Positions 42,627 through 53,884 are shown, counted from the first letter of the stretch. The stretch is 64,000 nt of DNA from an uncultured bacterium (GCA_963819815.1 CAWFXL010000001.1:1152001-1216000); one strand, 5' to 3'. Notes: a model not told the origin generated them from the sequence alone. Numbers and translations: made by a program.

Positions 42627-43044
42627 CCTTTGGTTGGCTTATGCACAAGATGATCTAGAAATTGCGCAATTAATTCTTGCTTCAAGGGGCATAAGAATCG
42701 TCGCTGTGTTATATCATGCGCAACAATCTGCTGAAAAGGCGTTAAAAGCCTACTTAATTGCCCAAGATGCCTCAATACTGAAAACACATGATCTTGTTAA
42801 GCTGGTAATCGCTTGTACCAAGTTAGATTCAGAGTTTGAAACTATTGGAGAGCATGCGGCTGCGTTTAATCCATTTTCAATAAAAACCAGATATCCGGAA
42901 GATTTTTTCTTAATGCTTCACACGAGCGTTGCAATTCAGGCGATAGATCATGCCCGCCAGATCCTTGAATTTACAGAAATAAAAATAGCTTCTATAGCTC
43001 CTTCATGTAGAATGCCTAAAAAGCAGATTCGTAAGCAAATTTAA
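42613..43044 (+). CDS. HEPN domain protein
   Basis: WL..A..DL..A, HAQQSAEKALKA, KTHDL..L, TRYP. Confidence 0.9.
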   Translation: MQKHSLWLAYAQDDLEIAQLILASRGIRIVAVLYHAQQSAEKALKAYLIAQDASILKTHDLVKLVIACTKLDSEFETIGEHAAAFNPFSIKTRYPEDFFLMLHTSVAIQAIDHARQILEFTEIKIASIAPSCRMPKKQIRKQI

Positions 43045-43069
43045 TAGCAAGCTCAAGGTCACGTGGATT

Positions 43070-43813
43070 TTAGTTCTGTTGAATTGGCCCTGTAGTTAGC
43101 CCCCTGATAAACTGATAGATATAAGGATTTTCTGATTCCCAAATAGTTGATGCTTCACCGAAGTACTTAATATTCCCTTCATAGAGAAGAGCAACATAAT
43201 CAACATACTTAAATACTTCAAGATCATGGCTGATGATAACAGAAGTTACCTTAAGCCTTTTTTGCATATCTCTCATAAGTTCATGTACAACTCGTGAGGT
43301 AATTGGATCAAGTCCTGTGGTCGGTTCGTCATAGAGAATGATCGACGGGTGGCTAATGAGTGTGCGAGCGATACCGACCCGTTTACGCATTCCTCCAGAA
43401 AGATCCGAAGGATAGCGGTCCATGATATCACTGTGTAATTCAACAAGGGCGAGTTTTTCTATGACAAGAGGGCGTACCTCTTCTTCTTTAAGACCATGCT
43501 CAAGTAGGGAAAGGCCAACATTTTCAAAGACGGTAAGTGAATCAAGAAGAGCGGCAAATTGAAATACATAGCCACAGGTCTTATAAAAGGTTTCTCGCTC
43601 TCGCTCACTGAGTCGAGTTACCTCCTTGTTATCGATGCTGATAGAGCCTGAAGTGGGATATAAAAGTCCGATAATCGATTTGAGAAGGACTGACTTTCCT
43701 TCACCAGATCTTCCTATGATGACGGTCATTTTACCCTCAGGCAGCTCAAGATTCAAATTATCAAGAACCTTACGCCCATTGAACTCTTTGGTGAGATGTT
43801 TGATAGTAATCAT
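43070..43813 (-). CDS. mlaF: MlaF/Mkl-type ABC transporter ATPase
   Basis: GRSGEGKS, FQFAALLDSLTV, LSGGMRKRV, YDEPTTGLDP. Confidence 0.9.
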   Translation of the reverse strand: MITIKHLTKEFNGRKVLDNLNLELPEGKMTVIIGRSGEGKSVLLKSIIGLLYPTSGSISIDNKEVTRLSERERETFYKTCGYVFQFAALLDSLTVFENVGLSLLEHGLKEEEVRPLVIEKLALVELHSDIMDRYPSDLSGGMRKRVGIARTLISHPSIILYDEPTTGLDPITSRVVHELMRDMQKRLKVTSVIISHDLEVFKYVDYVALLYEGNIKYFGEASTIWESENPYIYQFIRGLTTGPIQQN

Positions 43814-44589
43814 AGGCCAGCTTTCCAGAGATAGACGCTGAGGAAATAGTTTGCAATTAAGATGGCAATGCAGCCAACTACCACAGCTTGTGTGGTCGAA
43901 AGACCTACTCCGCGGGCTCCGCCAGTTGTTTGAAATCCTTTATAGCAGCCAACAAACGCAATAATATATCCAAAAGCGCATGATTTTATGAGCCCCCCTA
44001 CGATATCCCCAAGGGTCAAAAAGTTTCTAATATTCACCAGATAGATTTCTGGACTGCTGGTGAGCGTAATAAGTGCAAAGAGATAGCCGCCAAGGATACC
44101 AAAAAACATACCAAAGAGGGTAAGGAACGGCATGATAAGAGTTCCTGCCAGTATGCGAGGAACAATTAAATAATGAAAGGGGCTTATGCAAAGGGTTCGT
44201 AGAGCGTCAACCTGTTCAGTGATTTGCATGGTTCCCAGCTCAGCAGCTATTGCTGATCCTGATCTTCCGCATACCATGATTGCGGTGAGTACTGGTCCAA
44301 GCTCTCTGGTCATACCCCAGGCTACAATGACGCCGAGCATCTCTTGACCGCCAATACGGCTCAGCCCTGCATAGGATTGGAGCGCTAAAGCAAATCCAGA
44401 TGAGAGGGTGCTCAGTACGATAACCGATGATGAGTCTACCCCAATGCGCTTCATTTGAAGGGCAAGCTCTTTTACACGTAGGCCCTTGGTAAAGACAGAT
44501 TTTACCGTTCTCATAAAGAAGAACGACCAAGCACCTATTTCTGTAAAGAAATGGATAAACGTAGATCCGATACTATCGATGATATACAC
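43810..44589 (-). CDS. mlaE: MlaE-type ABC permease
   Basis: RELGPVLTA, GRSGSAIAAELGTM.ITEQVDAL, GGARGVG.STT.AVV. Confidence 0.93.
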   Translation of the reverse strand: MYIIDSIGSTFIHFFTEIGAWSFFFMRTVKSVFTKGLRVKELALQMKRIGVDSSSVIVLSTLSSGFALALQSYAGLSRIGGQEMLGVIVAWGMTRELGPVLTAIMVCGRSGSAIAAELGTMQITEQVDALRTLCISPFHYLIVPRILAGTLIMPFLTLFGMFFGILGGYLFALITLTSSPEIYLVNIRNFLTLGDIVGGLIKSCAFGYIIAFVGCYKGFQTTGGARGVGLSTTQAVVVGCIAILIANYFLSVYLWKAGL

Positions 44590-44613
44590 GAGCTTTAGAT
44601 GTTTGAGCTACAC

Positions 44614-44985
44614 TTATGCCTGTGCCGATTCTGCAGATTGTGTCTCTGCGGGGACTTCAGCTGTTGCAGGTGCCGCAGGTATAGATTCTGCCATAGGTGA
44701 AGGAGGTGTTTGGGCCTGCTGGCGTGCAATACTTCCTATAACTTTTGAAGAAGTAGGACGCTTTATAACAGCTAGTAGAAGAGAGCCACCAATAAAGAGA
44801 GCTCCTAAAGCCCAGGTAACTTTTTGAAAAAGGTCCTGTCCTCCAGAGCCGCCAAAGAGTAATTGAGTACCGCCGCCCATACTGCCAAAACCAAGGCTAC
44901 TTTTACCTTTTTGCATAAGGATGAGAAGAATCATAAAAGCGCACAAGAGAACAAAGGCAAAGACGAGTAGGTTATACAAAAACAT
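44614..44985 (-). CDS. secG: preprotein translocase subunit SecG
   Basis: ILMQKGK, Gly-rich loop LFGGSG, two TMs; follows tpiA. Confidence 0.92.
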   Translation of the reverse strand: MFLYNLLVFAFVLLCAFMILLILMQKGKSSLGFGSMGGGTQLLFGGSGGQDLFQKVTWALGALFIGGSLLLAVIKRPTSSKVIGSIARQQAQTPPSPMAESIPAAPATAEVPAETQSAESAQA

Positions 44986-45035
44986 GGTCAGCTCCTTATC
45001 AAATTTTTTTCAAGAATCATATGCTGAGTCCTAGT

Positions 45036-45749
45036 CTAGCATGAAAGAATTATTTTTTTAAGTTCTTCGCTCTTGAGGCTAGACGTTCCGAGTAAAAAGC
45101 CGTCTACAAAGGGGCTAAAGAGCTTTGCTTGAGCTTCCTGTACACTGCCCCCATAGAGAATAAGATGCTTGTGATCACCAAGGAGCTCTCGTATGAGCTC
45201 AAGGATGGTACATAGATCCTCTTGTGAAGGAACTTTGCCTGATCCTATCGACCATACCGGCTCGTAGGCGATGATGCACAAGTCATCGGAGGTAAATGCC
45301 GGGAGTACCGATTCTAGTTGTTCTTGTAAGATAGATCTGCGAATGGGTATCTGGTCAGCTGCTTCACCTATGCAGAGCACGGGATGCATATGGTGCTTAA
45401 GAAGCAGAGTAGCTTTTTTTCGTATTAACTCGTTTGTTTCTCCTTGATACCGACGACGTTCGCTATGGCCTATCAGAGTGTAACGCACCCCCAAGTCTTT
45501 TAAAGAAAGGACCGATACATCACCTGTATAAGCCCCTTTTTCTTCAGCTCCACAATCCTGTGCACCCCATGCAAGATGCTCAAACAGTGAGGTGGCATAG
45601 GGAAGTTCGGTAAAGGATGGACAGATAATGAGCTCATGCTCAGTGAACGAGAGGGTTTCTTGTACTGAAGGAAGCTCTTTTTCAAGCCAGGTACAGGCTT
45701 CCTCATGGCTTAATTGCATCTTCCAGTTAGCAATCAGAAGCTTCTTCAT
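45036..45749 (-). CDS. tpiA: triosephosphate isomerase
   Basis: ANWKM, GAYTGDVS, IGHSERR, AYEPVWSIG, LYGGSV. Confidence 0.96.
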   Translation of the reverse strand: MKKLLIANWKMQLSHEEACTWLEKELPSVQETLSFTEHELIICPSFTELPYATSLFEHLAWGAQDCGAEEKGAYTGDVSVLSLKDLGVRYTLIGHSERRRYQGETNELIRKKATLLLKHHMHPVLCIGEAADQIPIRRSILQEQLESVLPAFTSDDLCIIAYEPVWSIGSGKVPSQEDLCTILELIRELLGDHKHLILYGGSVQEAQAKLFSPFVDGFLLGTSSLKSEELKKIILSC

Positions 45750-48310
45750 TACTGTATCACGATCGTATCTTTTTTAAGCGATATTGATAGCTTTTTCTGA
45801 TCGGGATGTGCAAGCAGGTACTGAGAAAGGGGGACACTCAGATACTGTTGCAGAGCACGTTTTAAAGGACGAGCACCAAACTCTTGCTCGTAGCCAAGTG
45901 AGGCGATCTTTTCATAGACATCCTCGTCAATGGCAAGCTCAATATGTTTTTCTGCAAGGCGCTTTTTAAGCTGTTCAATCTGCAAACGTGTAATCTGAAC
46001 GACATCCTCATGAGTAAGCATCGTAAAGTACACAATAGCATCAATTCTATTGAGAAACTCTGGCCTAAAGTGCTGATGGAGAAGTTTATCAATCGAACGC
46101 TTTACCGATTCATCAAGTTTTTGAGCTTCAAGGATCAGAGAAGAGCCGATATTAGAGGTCATTATGATGATAGAGTTTTTAAAAGATACGGTACGCCCTT
46201 GCCCATCAGTAAGGTGTCCTTCATCAAGAATTTGTAAAAAGAGATTAAAGACATCTGGATGAGCTTTTTCAATTTCATCAATGAGGAGTACACAATAGGG
46301 ATTTCGTCGTACTGCTTCAGTAAGCTGACCACCTTCCTCGTAGCCGACATATCCTGGAGGTGCTCCGATGAGTCGAGCTACTGCATGCTTTTCCATGTAC
46401 TCAGACATATCGATACGGATGAGCTTTTTAGGATCATCAAAAAGAAAGTCGGCTAGAGTTTTTGCAACTTCAGTTTTACCTACGCCGGTAGGTCCCAGGA
46501 ACAAAAAGGATCCAATAGGTTTATTAGGGTCGGTAAGCCCTGTGCGATGCATTTGAATAGCATTGCTAATAAGTTCAAGTGCTTCATTTTGCCCAACAAC
46601 TCGTTTTTTCAAAATGTCGGTCATGTGAAGAAGCTTTTCAGACTCAGAGGTCTGGAGCTTTTCAACGGGAATTCCCGTCCAGCGTGCAAGAACTGCAGCG
46701 ATATCCTGCTCATCAACTTCTTCTTTAATAAGGTGCTTATTAATACTTTGGAGCTTCTCTTGCTCTTTCTGTAATTGTTGCTCAAGCTTTACTAACGTCC
46801 CATATTTGATTTCAGATGCCTTAGCAAAATCACCTTGACGCTCAGCATTGGTAAACTTGTGTTGTGCTTCATCGATCTGCTCTTTTAATTTACCGATAGA
46901 TTCAAGAGGTGCTTTTTCTGCTTTCCATTGATTTAAAAGCGTTTGGAAATCTTCCTTAAGAGTAGCGAGCTCCTTTTCAAGCTCAGCAAGTCTCTTTTGG
47001 CTTACTCCATCACCTTTTTCTTTGCTGAGTGCAACTTTCTCAATCTCAAGTTGACGTATCTTCCGCTCAAGCTGATCAAGCTCAATAGGTTGTGAATCGA
47101 TTGCCATCTTAATCATAGCAGCAGCTTCATCGACAAGGTCGATAGCCTTATCCGGCAGGAACCGTTCAGGAATATTTTTAGCTGAAAGGAGTACAGCGTT
47201 AACGAGAGCCTGGTCCTTTATTCTGATGCCATGATGCAGCTCATACTTCTCTTTAAGGCCGCGAAGTATTGAAATAGCATCTTCAATTGAGGGCTCTTCT
47301 ACAAGAACTTTTTGAAAACGTCGCTCTAATGCTGCATCTTTTTCGATATACTTTTTGTATTCTTTAATCGTTGTTGCACCAATGCAGTGAAGGTCACCTC
47401 GAGCAAGTGCTGGTTTGAGTAGATTTGAGGCGTCCATGCCCCCGCCAGTTGCACCAGCTCCGACGAGCATATGGAGTTCATCGATAAAGAGGATAATCTT
47501 ATCTGAGCTTTCTTGAATCTCTTTAAGGGTACCTTTTAGCCGTTCCTCAAATTCCCCTTGATATTTAGCGCCTGCGATAAGAAGTCCTAGATCAAGTGCA
47601 TAGATGACATTGTTTTTTAAGCTTTCAGGAACGTCATTATTAATAATACGTTGAGCGATCCCTTCTACGATAGCAGTTTTACCGACGCCCGGTTCTCCGA
47701 TGAGTACTGGATTATTCTTTGTTCTTCGTGAAAGGATTTGGATTACACGCCGTATCTCGTCATGGCGCCCGATAACAGGATCTAATTTTCCCTGACGTGC
47801 TTGTTGCGTAACATTGAGGCAATATTTTTCAAGCATTTGGTATTGCTTTTCCGCATTTTTATCGGTCACTTTTTTCCCTTTCCGAATACTAGACATATGC
47901 TGCAAGAGCATCTGTCGTGTTATCCCGGTTTGTTTAAAAAACGAGCGAAGAGACTCAGGAAGGTAGCTCGTTTCCCACCATTGTACCATAAGATGCTCAA
48001 GAGTGACATATGCATCACCAAGCTCTTGTGCTTCTTTTTCACACGCTTGTAAGAACATATCAAGAGAGTGGTCTCCGGTGAGCTGCGCACCTTCAATGCG
48101 AGGGAGCTTTTCTAGCTCTTGCTCAATGAGCAACGTTAATTTTTGCACATCTACAGCAAACACGGTAAAAAAGGAGAGACAAAACTCTTGGGTTACTGAA
48201 GCTGCTAAGAGATGCAAAGGCACAAGTGCCGGATTCTTACGCTCTTGTGCAAGAAGGATAGCATTGTTTATCAGTTCTTGAACTGAGGTTGAAAAGCGCT
48301 CTGTATCCAT
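45749..48310 (-). CDS. clpB: ATP-dependent chaperone ClpB
   Basis: Two AAA modules ([16 protein letters not shown]), long coiled-coil M domain, GYVGYEEGG. Confidence 0.96.
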   Translation of the reverse strand: MDTERFSTSVQELINNAILLAQERKNPALVPLHLLAASVTQEFCLSFFTVFAVDVQKLTLLIEQELEKLPRIEGAQLTGDHSLDMFLQACEKEAQELGDAYVTLEHLMVQWWETSYLPESLRSFFKQTGITRQMLLQHMSSIRKGKKVTDKNAEKQYQMLEKYCLNVTQQARQGKLDPVIGRHDEIRRVIQILSRRTKNNPVLIGEPGVGKTAIVEGIAQRIINNDVPESLKNNVIYALDLGLLIAGAKYQGEFEERLKGTLKEIQESSDKIILFIDELHMLVGAGATGGGMDASNLLKPALARGDLHCIGATTIKEYKKYIEKDAALERRFQKVLVEEPSIEDAISILRGLKEKYELHHGIRIKDQALVNAVLLSAKNIPERFLPDKAIDLVDEAAAMIKMAIDSQPIELDQLERKIRQLEIEKVALSKEKGDGVSQKRLAELEKELATLKEDFQTLLNQWKAEKAPLESIGKLKEQIDEAQHKFTNAERQGDFAKASEIKYGTLVKLEQQLQKEQEKLQSINKHLIKEEVDEQDIAAVLARWTGIPVEKLQTSESEKLLHMTDILKKRVVGQNEALELISNAIQMHRTGLTDPNKPIGSFLFLGPTGVGKTEVAKTLADFLFDDPKKLIRIDMSEYMEKHAVARLIGAPPGYVGYEEGGQLTEAVRRNPYCVLLIDEIEKAHPDVFNLFLQILDEGHLTDGQGRTVSFKNSIIIMTSNIGSSLILEAQKLDESVKRSIDKLLHQHFRPEFLNRIDAIVYFTMLTHEDVVQITRLQIEQLKKRLAEKHIELAIDEDVYEKIASLGYEQEFGARPLKRALQQYLSVPLSQYLLAHPDQKKLSISLKKDTIVIQ

Positions 48311-48353
48311 GGTTATCCTTGAACTACTTCAAATCATTAGTATAGGGAAAACC

Positions 48354-49748
48354 CTACTTAACGACCTCACCATCTTTAACGAGCTGGGCATTTTTACGTC
48401 CAACGTAGAGAGCCGCAAGTATCCAAATAAAACTAAACCCTAGACTATAATAGGTACCAAATATTAAGAGGTCGGTTAGGTTATGCTTATAGGCGTCAGT
48501 AATTTGTGCACCACCCATTTTTGCCATTCGTGCGCCAAAGACATCCGTAAAACCTTTTGTTTTGAACTTTACATCTTTGCTTGTTGGAATGTACATCATT
48601 TCCTTGACCGGATTATTGACTGCGTAACCAAGGCCTTTGGCAATCATCATAACTACGAACGTTGCTAATAAGAGTAAGCCAGCTGTTGGGGCGCCATACG
48701 TAAAATAGAGAAAGAGTGATACGAAAGCGATGATTAAGCAGACAGGGAAGAACAAGAGACCAAAGCGTAAGCCATAATTCTTTATAAGATAGCTCGTCCC
48801 CAGAAGAGCCATCAAGAAGGCTAGAGTATTCGTAGCTACCCCATAGAATCCCTGAAATTGGGCAAAGCCAAGCTCGGTTGAAAAACGGGGAAACACATCC
48901 GCCTGGGATTTCATCTGATACTCAATGATCTGATTAATAACTTCATAGAGTGTAGAGACGATAAAAATGCCAATCAGATACGGACGAGTGAGTAGTAACC
49001 GTATACCTTCAGTAAATCCTGAAATGCCTTCACTTTTAGTTGCAACTTGTGCGGCATGAATATCACCTATTTGCTGGGATGCAGGGATAGTCTTCATGAA
49101 GTACCAGATAAGTATCATAATACTTGCGGTGACACAGGTAACCAATCCAAAGAGTTGCCAGAGGCCAAAAGATGCGGAAAATATCATGAGTGATGATCCG
49201 ACAATAGCCCCTATTTGTGCCCCAGCGATTATAAAAGGATACCCTCTTTTTGCTGATTCTGAATCGCAGATACTGTTGGTAAAAGACCAAAAGAGTGCTG
49301 CAATAAGTGAACCAAAGCTTTCAATTGCAAAGTAAGATACCCAACCTACGTATGCAAGCACATCTTTCCCAAGAAATATATCACCATAGATGCTCCGCAT
49401 TGCTAGGAGTACCGTAATTGTACCAAAAAGCAGAGAATAAAAGGTACAGATAATATAAAATAGCTGATGTTTCTTAAATATATCAACCAGTTTGGAATAG
49501 ATCATGACGACGGCAAAGACCACAAATGGTGACCAGAATTTTGCGGTTGGTTGGAACAACCTTCCTTGGCAGGGGAGCCAGCCGAGATCAGCAGGAAAGC
49601 ATACTTTAAAAAAGAGCGTATCTTTTAATAAACGTAGAAGCCAGTATGCGCCAATAGTCATAAAAAAGGTAAGCGCGAGTAGCGAGAATTTTTTTGTTTC
49701 TTCAGGTTTCAAGTCAGGATAAAAATACTTAATAAGTCCGGCTTTCAT
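48354..49748 (-). CDS. nucleotide transporter (NTT/TLC ADP-ATP translocase family)
   Basis: About 12 TMs, LR.LKD, LFWSF.N, K.L.YA.N.P.KEM.YIP...D.KFK.K...DV.G.R..K.GG. Confidence 0.9.
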   Translation of the reverse strand: MKAGLIKYFYPDLKPEETKKFSLLALTFFMTIGAYWLLRLLKDTLFFKVCFPADLGWLPCQGRLFQPTAKFWSPFVVFAVVMIYSKLVDIFKKHQLFYIICTFYSLLFGTITVLLAMRSIYGDIFLGKDVLAYVGWVSYFAIESFGSLIAALFWSFTNSICDSESAKRGYPFIIAGAQIGAIVGSSLMIFSASFGLWQLFGLVTCVTASIMILIWYFMKTIPASQQIGDIHAAQVATKSEGISGFTEGIRLLLTRPYLIGIFIVSTLYEVINQIIEYQMKSQADVFPRFSTELGFAQFQGFYGVATNTLAFLMALLGTSYLIKNYGLRFGLLFFPVCLIIAFVSLFLYFTYGAPTAGLLLLATFVVMMIAKGLGYAVNNPVKEMMYIPTSKDVKFKTKGFTDVFGARMAKMGGAQITDAYKHNLTDLLIFGTYYSLGFSFIWILAALYVGRKNAQLVKDGEVVK

Positions 49749-50012
49749 TGAGGCACCTCGTCAAAATATAAGAGATGTAGCTAACGAATTTTCAGTATAG
49801 ACCCCATGTAATAATTATGCAATGGACCCAAAGCTGATGGAGTACGTATATTTTGATAGGATGGGATATTTCTTGGACCAAAGTGTTCGAAGTATTGAAG
49901 TGCTTTTTGCAGAATTTATAAAACTCGTGGAGTAATCGTTTTCGGCGTGAAATGCCTTAAGAAATTTCTTGGGAAGATCATCAAGAAAAGCATCTGTACA
50001 TTCCTTCAAATA

Positions 50013-50042
50013 TTGCATTCATAGTTTTGGCTAGGCTATGCT
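50013..50042 (+). promoter_or_regulatory. sigma70-type promoter of beta-helix paralog 1
   Basis: TTGCAT-N18-TATGCT, with identical hexamers upstream of paralog 2. Confidence 0.6.
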
Positions 50043-50095
50043 GAAACTAATCTGGGTAGGATGCTCGAAATACAAACCTTTACAGGAGAAATCAT

Positions 50096-51691
50096 ATGAA
50101 GCTCACGTCAAAAATTCTTGGGTTACTGATAACCCTTACTGTGCTTATGCCTGCATTAGCAAAATCGAACAAGCGCAATGACAATGATTGTAAAGAAGAA
50201 ATCGTAAAGTATGTTAAAGGAGGGGGCTATACACCAGGTAAAGGTACCAGGAAACATCCTTTTTCCTCACTCGTAGAGGCACAAAATGACCGAAGTTGGG
50301 ATGTTCTTATTGTCCTTCCCTCAACTATAGCACTTGATTACGGTATTACCCTTAAACCAGGGCAGAAACTAATCGGTGAGTGTAATCCTACGAGGGGTCT
50401 ATTGCCAACCCAGCCTACCATTACTAACACTCATAGTACTTCTAATGGTGGCAATGGAGCAGTGGTTTTGGGCGATTCGACTATAAAGAACATCTATTTT
50501 AAAAATACCTATGCTTCTGCAATCAATTATGATTCAGCGAAAGATCTTGTGGTACAAGATGTCCTCATTACCCGTTTTGATCACGGAACTGGCACTATAT
50601 CGGGGATACAGGGGACTTGCACAAAGTCCGGAAGCACTCTTATTGAGCGCACTATTATTCGCAATGACAATGGCGGATATGCAGGAGTTAATGACGCTAC
50701 ACCAGCAAAGTCCGTTGGAATTCATCGGGACTTAACTGTGTGCAACTGCGAGCTTTCCGAACTTTCTGATACTGGTATAAATACTGGGCCAGTAGGTGAT
50801 AGCACGAACTCATCGTTTGTTGTTATTAAAGATTGTAATTTTCATGATTTTACTAATCTTGCTGAAAACGGAATTATCTGCGGTGGCACTGGTGGAGCTA
50901 CCCAGATAGTTCTCGTAGAAAGTTCAAGGTTTTATAACATTGGTGGTGAGAGTGTCCATATTTATGGCCATCCCGTTTCTCTTTCCTCATTAAAACTCAA
51001 AATCGATTCATGCTTATTTGAAGAAACCAGCCTAAATGGGGCTGTGGCGGTAGAGACGGAGACTTTTGATTCATCAAGTGAATTGATTATAGAAAATTCC
51101 GCAAGTGTGAGTTTGTCGAACTTTTTTGTGTCGCAACAGGATAAGGGTACCGCTGCGAATGTTCAAAAAAGCAAGCTCTGTGGTAATACTGTTACTGGAG
51201 GGATTTTCTATTCTGTTAGTGGTGACGAGACAACTTCTATAGAAAATGTGGCAATGACCGATGTCGTAGGGAATCTCTTTACTGGGTTAACTGGTATTTT
51301 AGTTTCCCCAAATGAGCCGTGGAAGCTACTGACCATCAACTTAGAAGGCAATTGTTTCAGTGGTAGCAATGCTCTAGGCAGCAGCGGTATTTCCATAATA
51401 AGATCCAATACCAATACAAATGCTGGTAATGCGACGATTAATGCCCACTGCAACTCAATTATAGACTTTGCTACTGATATTCAGAATGAAACAAGTGCAA
51501 CCATCAATGCGACCGAAAACTGGTGGGGAGGTCAGCGGTGCCCATCCGGTACCGGTTGCGTTGGCTCACAAATCTGCCAGAAAGGAGTATGTGTAGGACC
51601 AGCGCATGTCATTAACACTGGCGGTGGTACGGTATATGTAATGCCTTCCCTTACAGCCTCTATTAAATGCCCACTCTGTTGTGTAAAATAG
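50096..51691 (+). CDS. secreted Cys-rich right-handed beta-helix protein, paralog 1
   Basis: Signal peptide, G.GT.K.PF.SL.EA N-cap, repeated short beta-strand/Asn-Gly units, INAT.NWWG. Confidence 0.8.
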   Translation: MKLTSKILGLLITLTVLMPALAKSNKRNDNDCKEEIVKYVKGGGYTPGKGTRKHPFSSLVEAQNDRSWDVLIVLPSTIALDYGITLKPGQKLIGECNPTRGLLPTQPTITNTHSTSNGGNGAVVLGDSTIKNIYFKNTYASAINYDSAKDLVVQDVLITRFDHGTGTISGIQGTCTKSGSTLIERTIIRNDNGGYAGVNDATPAKSVGIHRDLTVCNCELSELSDTGINTGPVGDSTNSSFVVIKDCNFHDFTNLAENGIICGGTGGATQIVLVESSRFYNIGGESVHIYGHPVSLSSLKLKIDSCLFEETSLNGAVAVETETFDSSSELIIENSASVSLSNFFVSQQDKGTAANVQKSKLCGNTVTGGIFYSVSGDETTSIENVAMTDVVGNLFTGLTGILVSPNEPWKLLTINLEGNCFSGSNALGSSGISIIRSNTNTNAGNATINAHCNSIIDFATDIQNETSATINATENWWGGQRCPSGTGCVGSQICQKGVCVGPAHVINTGGGTVYVMPSLTASIKCPLCCVK

Positions 51692-51920
51692 CGATTGGCC
51701 ATAGAGCTGTCATGCTCTCAGAAGAGACGGGGCGGGAGAGAAGGAGTAAAAGCCTGGCGTTCATACATATAGCAGCTGTTTAAGCTGCGTAACAGTAATC
51801 TAGGTCCTACTTATCATATCTGGTTGGTTGATGTGTATAGTCGCAAGTTATGAAATGAATCGGGAATCTTTGTAGCAAGGTTAGAAATAAAACAGATGAT
51901 TTACCTTCTAAAAAATACCA

Positions 51921-51950
51921 TTGCATTCATAAGCTTCACTAAGTTATGCT
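51921..51950 (+). promoter_or_regulatory. sigma70-type promoter of beta-helix paralog 2
   Basis: TTGCAT-N18-TATGCT. Confidence 0.6.
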
Positions 51951-52003
51951 GAGAGTAACGGGGCAGAGCGCCCAGAATAACAAATCTTTAAGGGAGATAT
52001 CAT

Positions 52004-53584
52004 ATGAAGCTCATATCAAAAATTCTTGGGTTATTGGTAACCCTTACTCTGCTTGCGCCTGCGTTAGCAAAATCGGACAAGCTCTGTGACAAGAATTGTA
52101 AAGAAGAAATCGTAAAATATGTCCAAGGTGGTGCCTGTGCCTCGGGTAATGGCACAAAAAAATCTCCCTTTGCAACACTTCTGGAAGCGCAAGATTCGTC
52201 GTGGGATGTGCTTATTGTTCTTGCTTCGCCAGTAGCACTTGATTTTGGCATTACTTTGAAACCAGGACAGAAACTGATCGGTGAGTGTAATCCTACGAAG
52301 GGCATATTGCCAACTCAGGCAACCATTACCAATTCAAATGGCGATGCACCTAACAATGGTAATGGTGTTGTTGTGATGGGTGATGCGACTATTGAGAATA
52401 TTTATTTTAAAAATACGTATTCATCTGCTATCAATTATGATAAAGCTAGGAGTCTTACGGTAAAAAATGTTCTCATCGATGGCGCTAACCAAAATGCTGG
52501 CATTGCAGCAATTCAGGGAACGTGTCCAAAATCAGGTGATACTCATATTGAACGGGCGATTATTCGTAATGGCAATGGACAAGGCGTTTTAGATGCCCCA
52601 TCCGGCAGCGGAATTAATCGGGAAATAGTGGTATGTACCTGCCAGTTTGATAGTCTTAATGATGTAGGTATCACTCTACAGCCTACCGGTGCTAACAGCT
52701 CATGTGCGGTGATCAAAGATGCTTATTTTCATGATTTTCAAATTAGCTCACAAGTTATTCAATGCTTGCCCACATCTGGCGCTGAAAGCGCTGTTTTGAT
52801 ACAGAACTCAAATTTTTATAATAATTTTAGTCTAAATGGGAACGGTACCGGGGTTTTAGCTAACCCAAGCGGCACTTCCTCTTCCTTGAAACTTAAAATC
52901 GATAGCTGTTCGTTTATAGAAATTGAACCACTGTCTGAAAGTGAGACCGTACAAATCGATAATCAGGGAGAGTCGAGTGAAGTAATCGTAGTAAACTCAG
53001 TAAGCGTTAACTTTAGTACTTTTTTCCAATCTACAGGTGGTGCTAGCCTGCACAATACGCTCTGCAATAACACGGTTACTGGGGTGGAGTTTTACAGCGT
53101 AAATAATAGCTTCAGTGGATCTACAGAAATAACTGAGATACAAGGCAATATTTTGAATGGGGCACTATTTCTTCTTGATGTTACTTCCAACCCAGCTGCA
53201 CCTTGGAAACAGCTGGCAATAACTCTAGAGGATAATTGTTTTACCGGTAATGGGGACTCTGGTAGTATAGGTATTGCTACATACGGCTCAGGTGGCAGCA
53301 CGGTGACGATTACCGCTCATAATAACTCAATTATAGATTATAATATGGATATTAATAATGGGACGGCAGCGACTATCAACGCGACGAGTAACTGGTGGGG
53401 ACCCGGCAAGGCTTGTGCGACCAGTACAGATTGTAATCCACTGTATCAAACCTGCCAACATAGCGTATGCGTAGGGCCTGCGAATGTTATTAATGGAGAT
53501 GGGGGTACAGTTCTGACGATTCCTTCGCTCACAGCCCCTATTAGATGTCCTCAGAGTTGTCCCCCGGTAAAATGCACTCGATAG
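52004..53584 (+). CDS. secreted Cys-rich right-handed beta-helix protein, paralog 2
   Basis: N- and C-terminal parts highly similar to 50096..51691 (GITLKPGQKLIGECNPT, NIYFKNTY, CVGPA). Confidence 0.8.
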   Translation: MKLISKILGLLVTLTLLAPALAKSDKLCDKNCKEEIVKYVQGGACASGNGTKKSPFATLLEAQDSSWDVLIVLASPVALDFGITLKPGQKLIGECNPTKGILPTQATITNSNGDAPNNGNGVVVMGDATIENIYFKNTYSSAINYDKARSLTVKNVLIDGANQNAGIAAIQGTCPKSGDTHIERAIIRNGNGQGVLDAPSGSGINREIVVCTCQFDSLNDVGITLQPTGANSSCAVIKDAYFHDFQISSQVIQCLPTSGAESAVLIQNSNFYNNFSLNGNGTGVLANPSGTSSSLKLKIDSCSFIEIEPLSESETVQIDNQGESSEVIVVNSVSVNFSTFFQSTGGASLHNTLCNNTVTGVEFYSVNNSFSGSTEITEIQGNILNGALFLLDVTSNPAAPWKQLAITLEDNCFTGNGDSGSIGIATYGSGGSTVTITAHNNSIIDYNMDINNGTAATINATSNWWGPGKACATSTDCNPLYQTCQHSVCVGPANVINGDGGTVLTIPSLTAPIRCPQSCPPVKCTR

Positions 53585-53662
53585 GGGACCGTTATGCTCG
53601 GAAAAGAAAGATAAGCTTGATTGTGGCTATGCATTAGAACTAATCAAGTCTCATAAAAATTG

Positions 53663-53709
53663 ACCATACCTACCTAGGGTAGCCTTAATTTACCCTAGGT
53701 AGGCATGGT
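53663..53709. terminator. hairpin between convergent genes
   Basis: ACCATaCCTACCTAGGGTA / TACCCTAGGTAGGcATGGT inverted repeat. Confidence 0.6.
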
Positions 53710-53884
53710 AATGGTATCCAAAAGTAAGGCATACTCAGTCTCTGTAGATAGAGTACATCAAACATCAATCCTATTCAGCTGTCTATGGCAAGGGTTTGAA
53801 AACTTTGTTGAAACGAATCATCGGAGGCGTATAGACACGCGGTTCCTTACAGCGAGATCAATGCATGTGCATATAAGTCTACGA

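Noticed and set aside
49815..50018. 67-aa minus ORF and a 37-aa plus ORF between the NTT and beta-helix genes
   Set aside because: No clear RBS or motif; lies in a divergent promoter region
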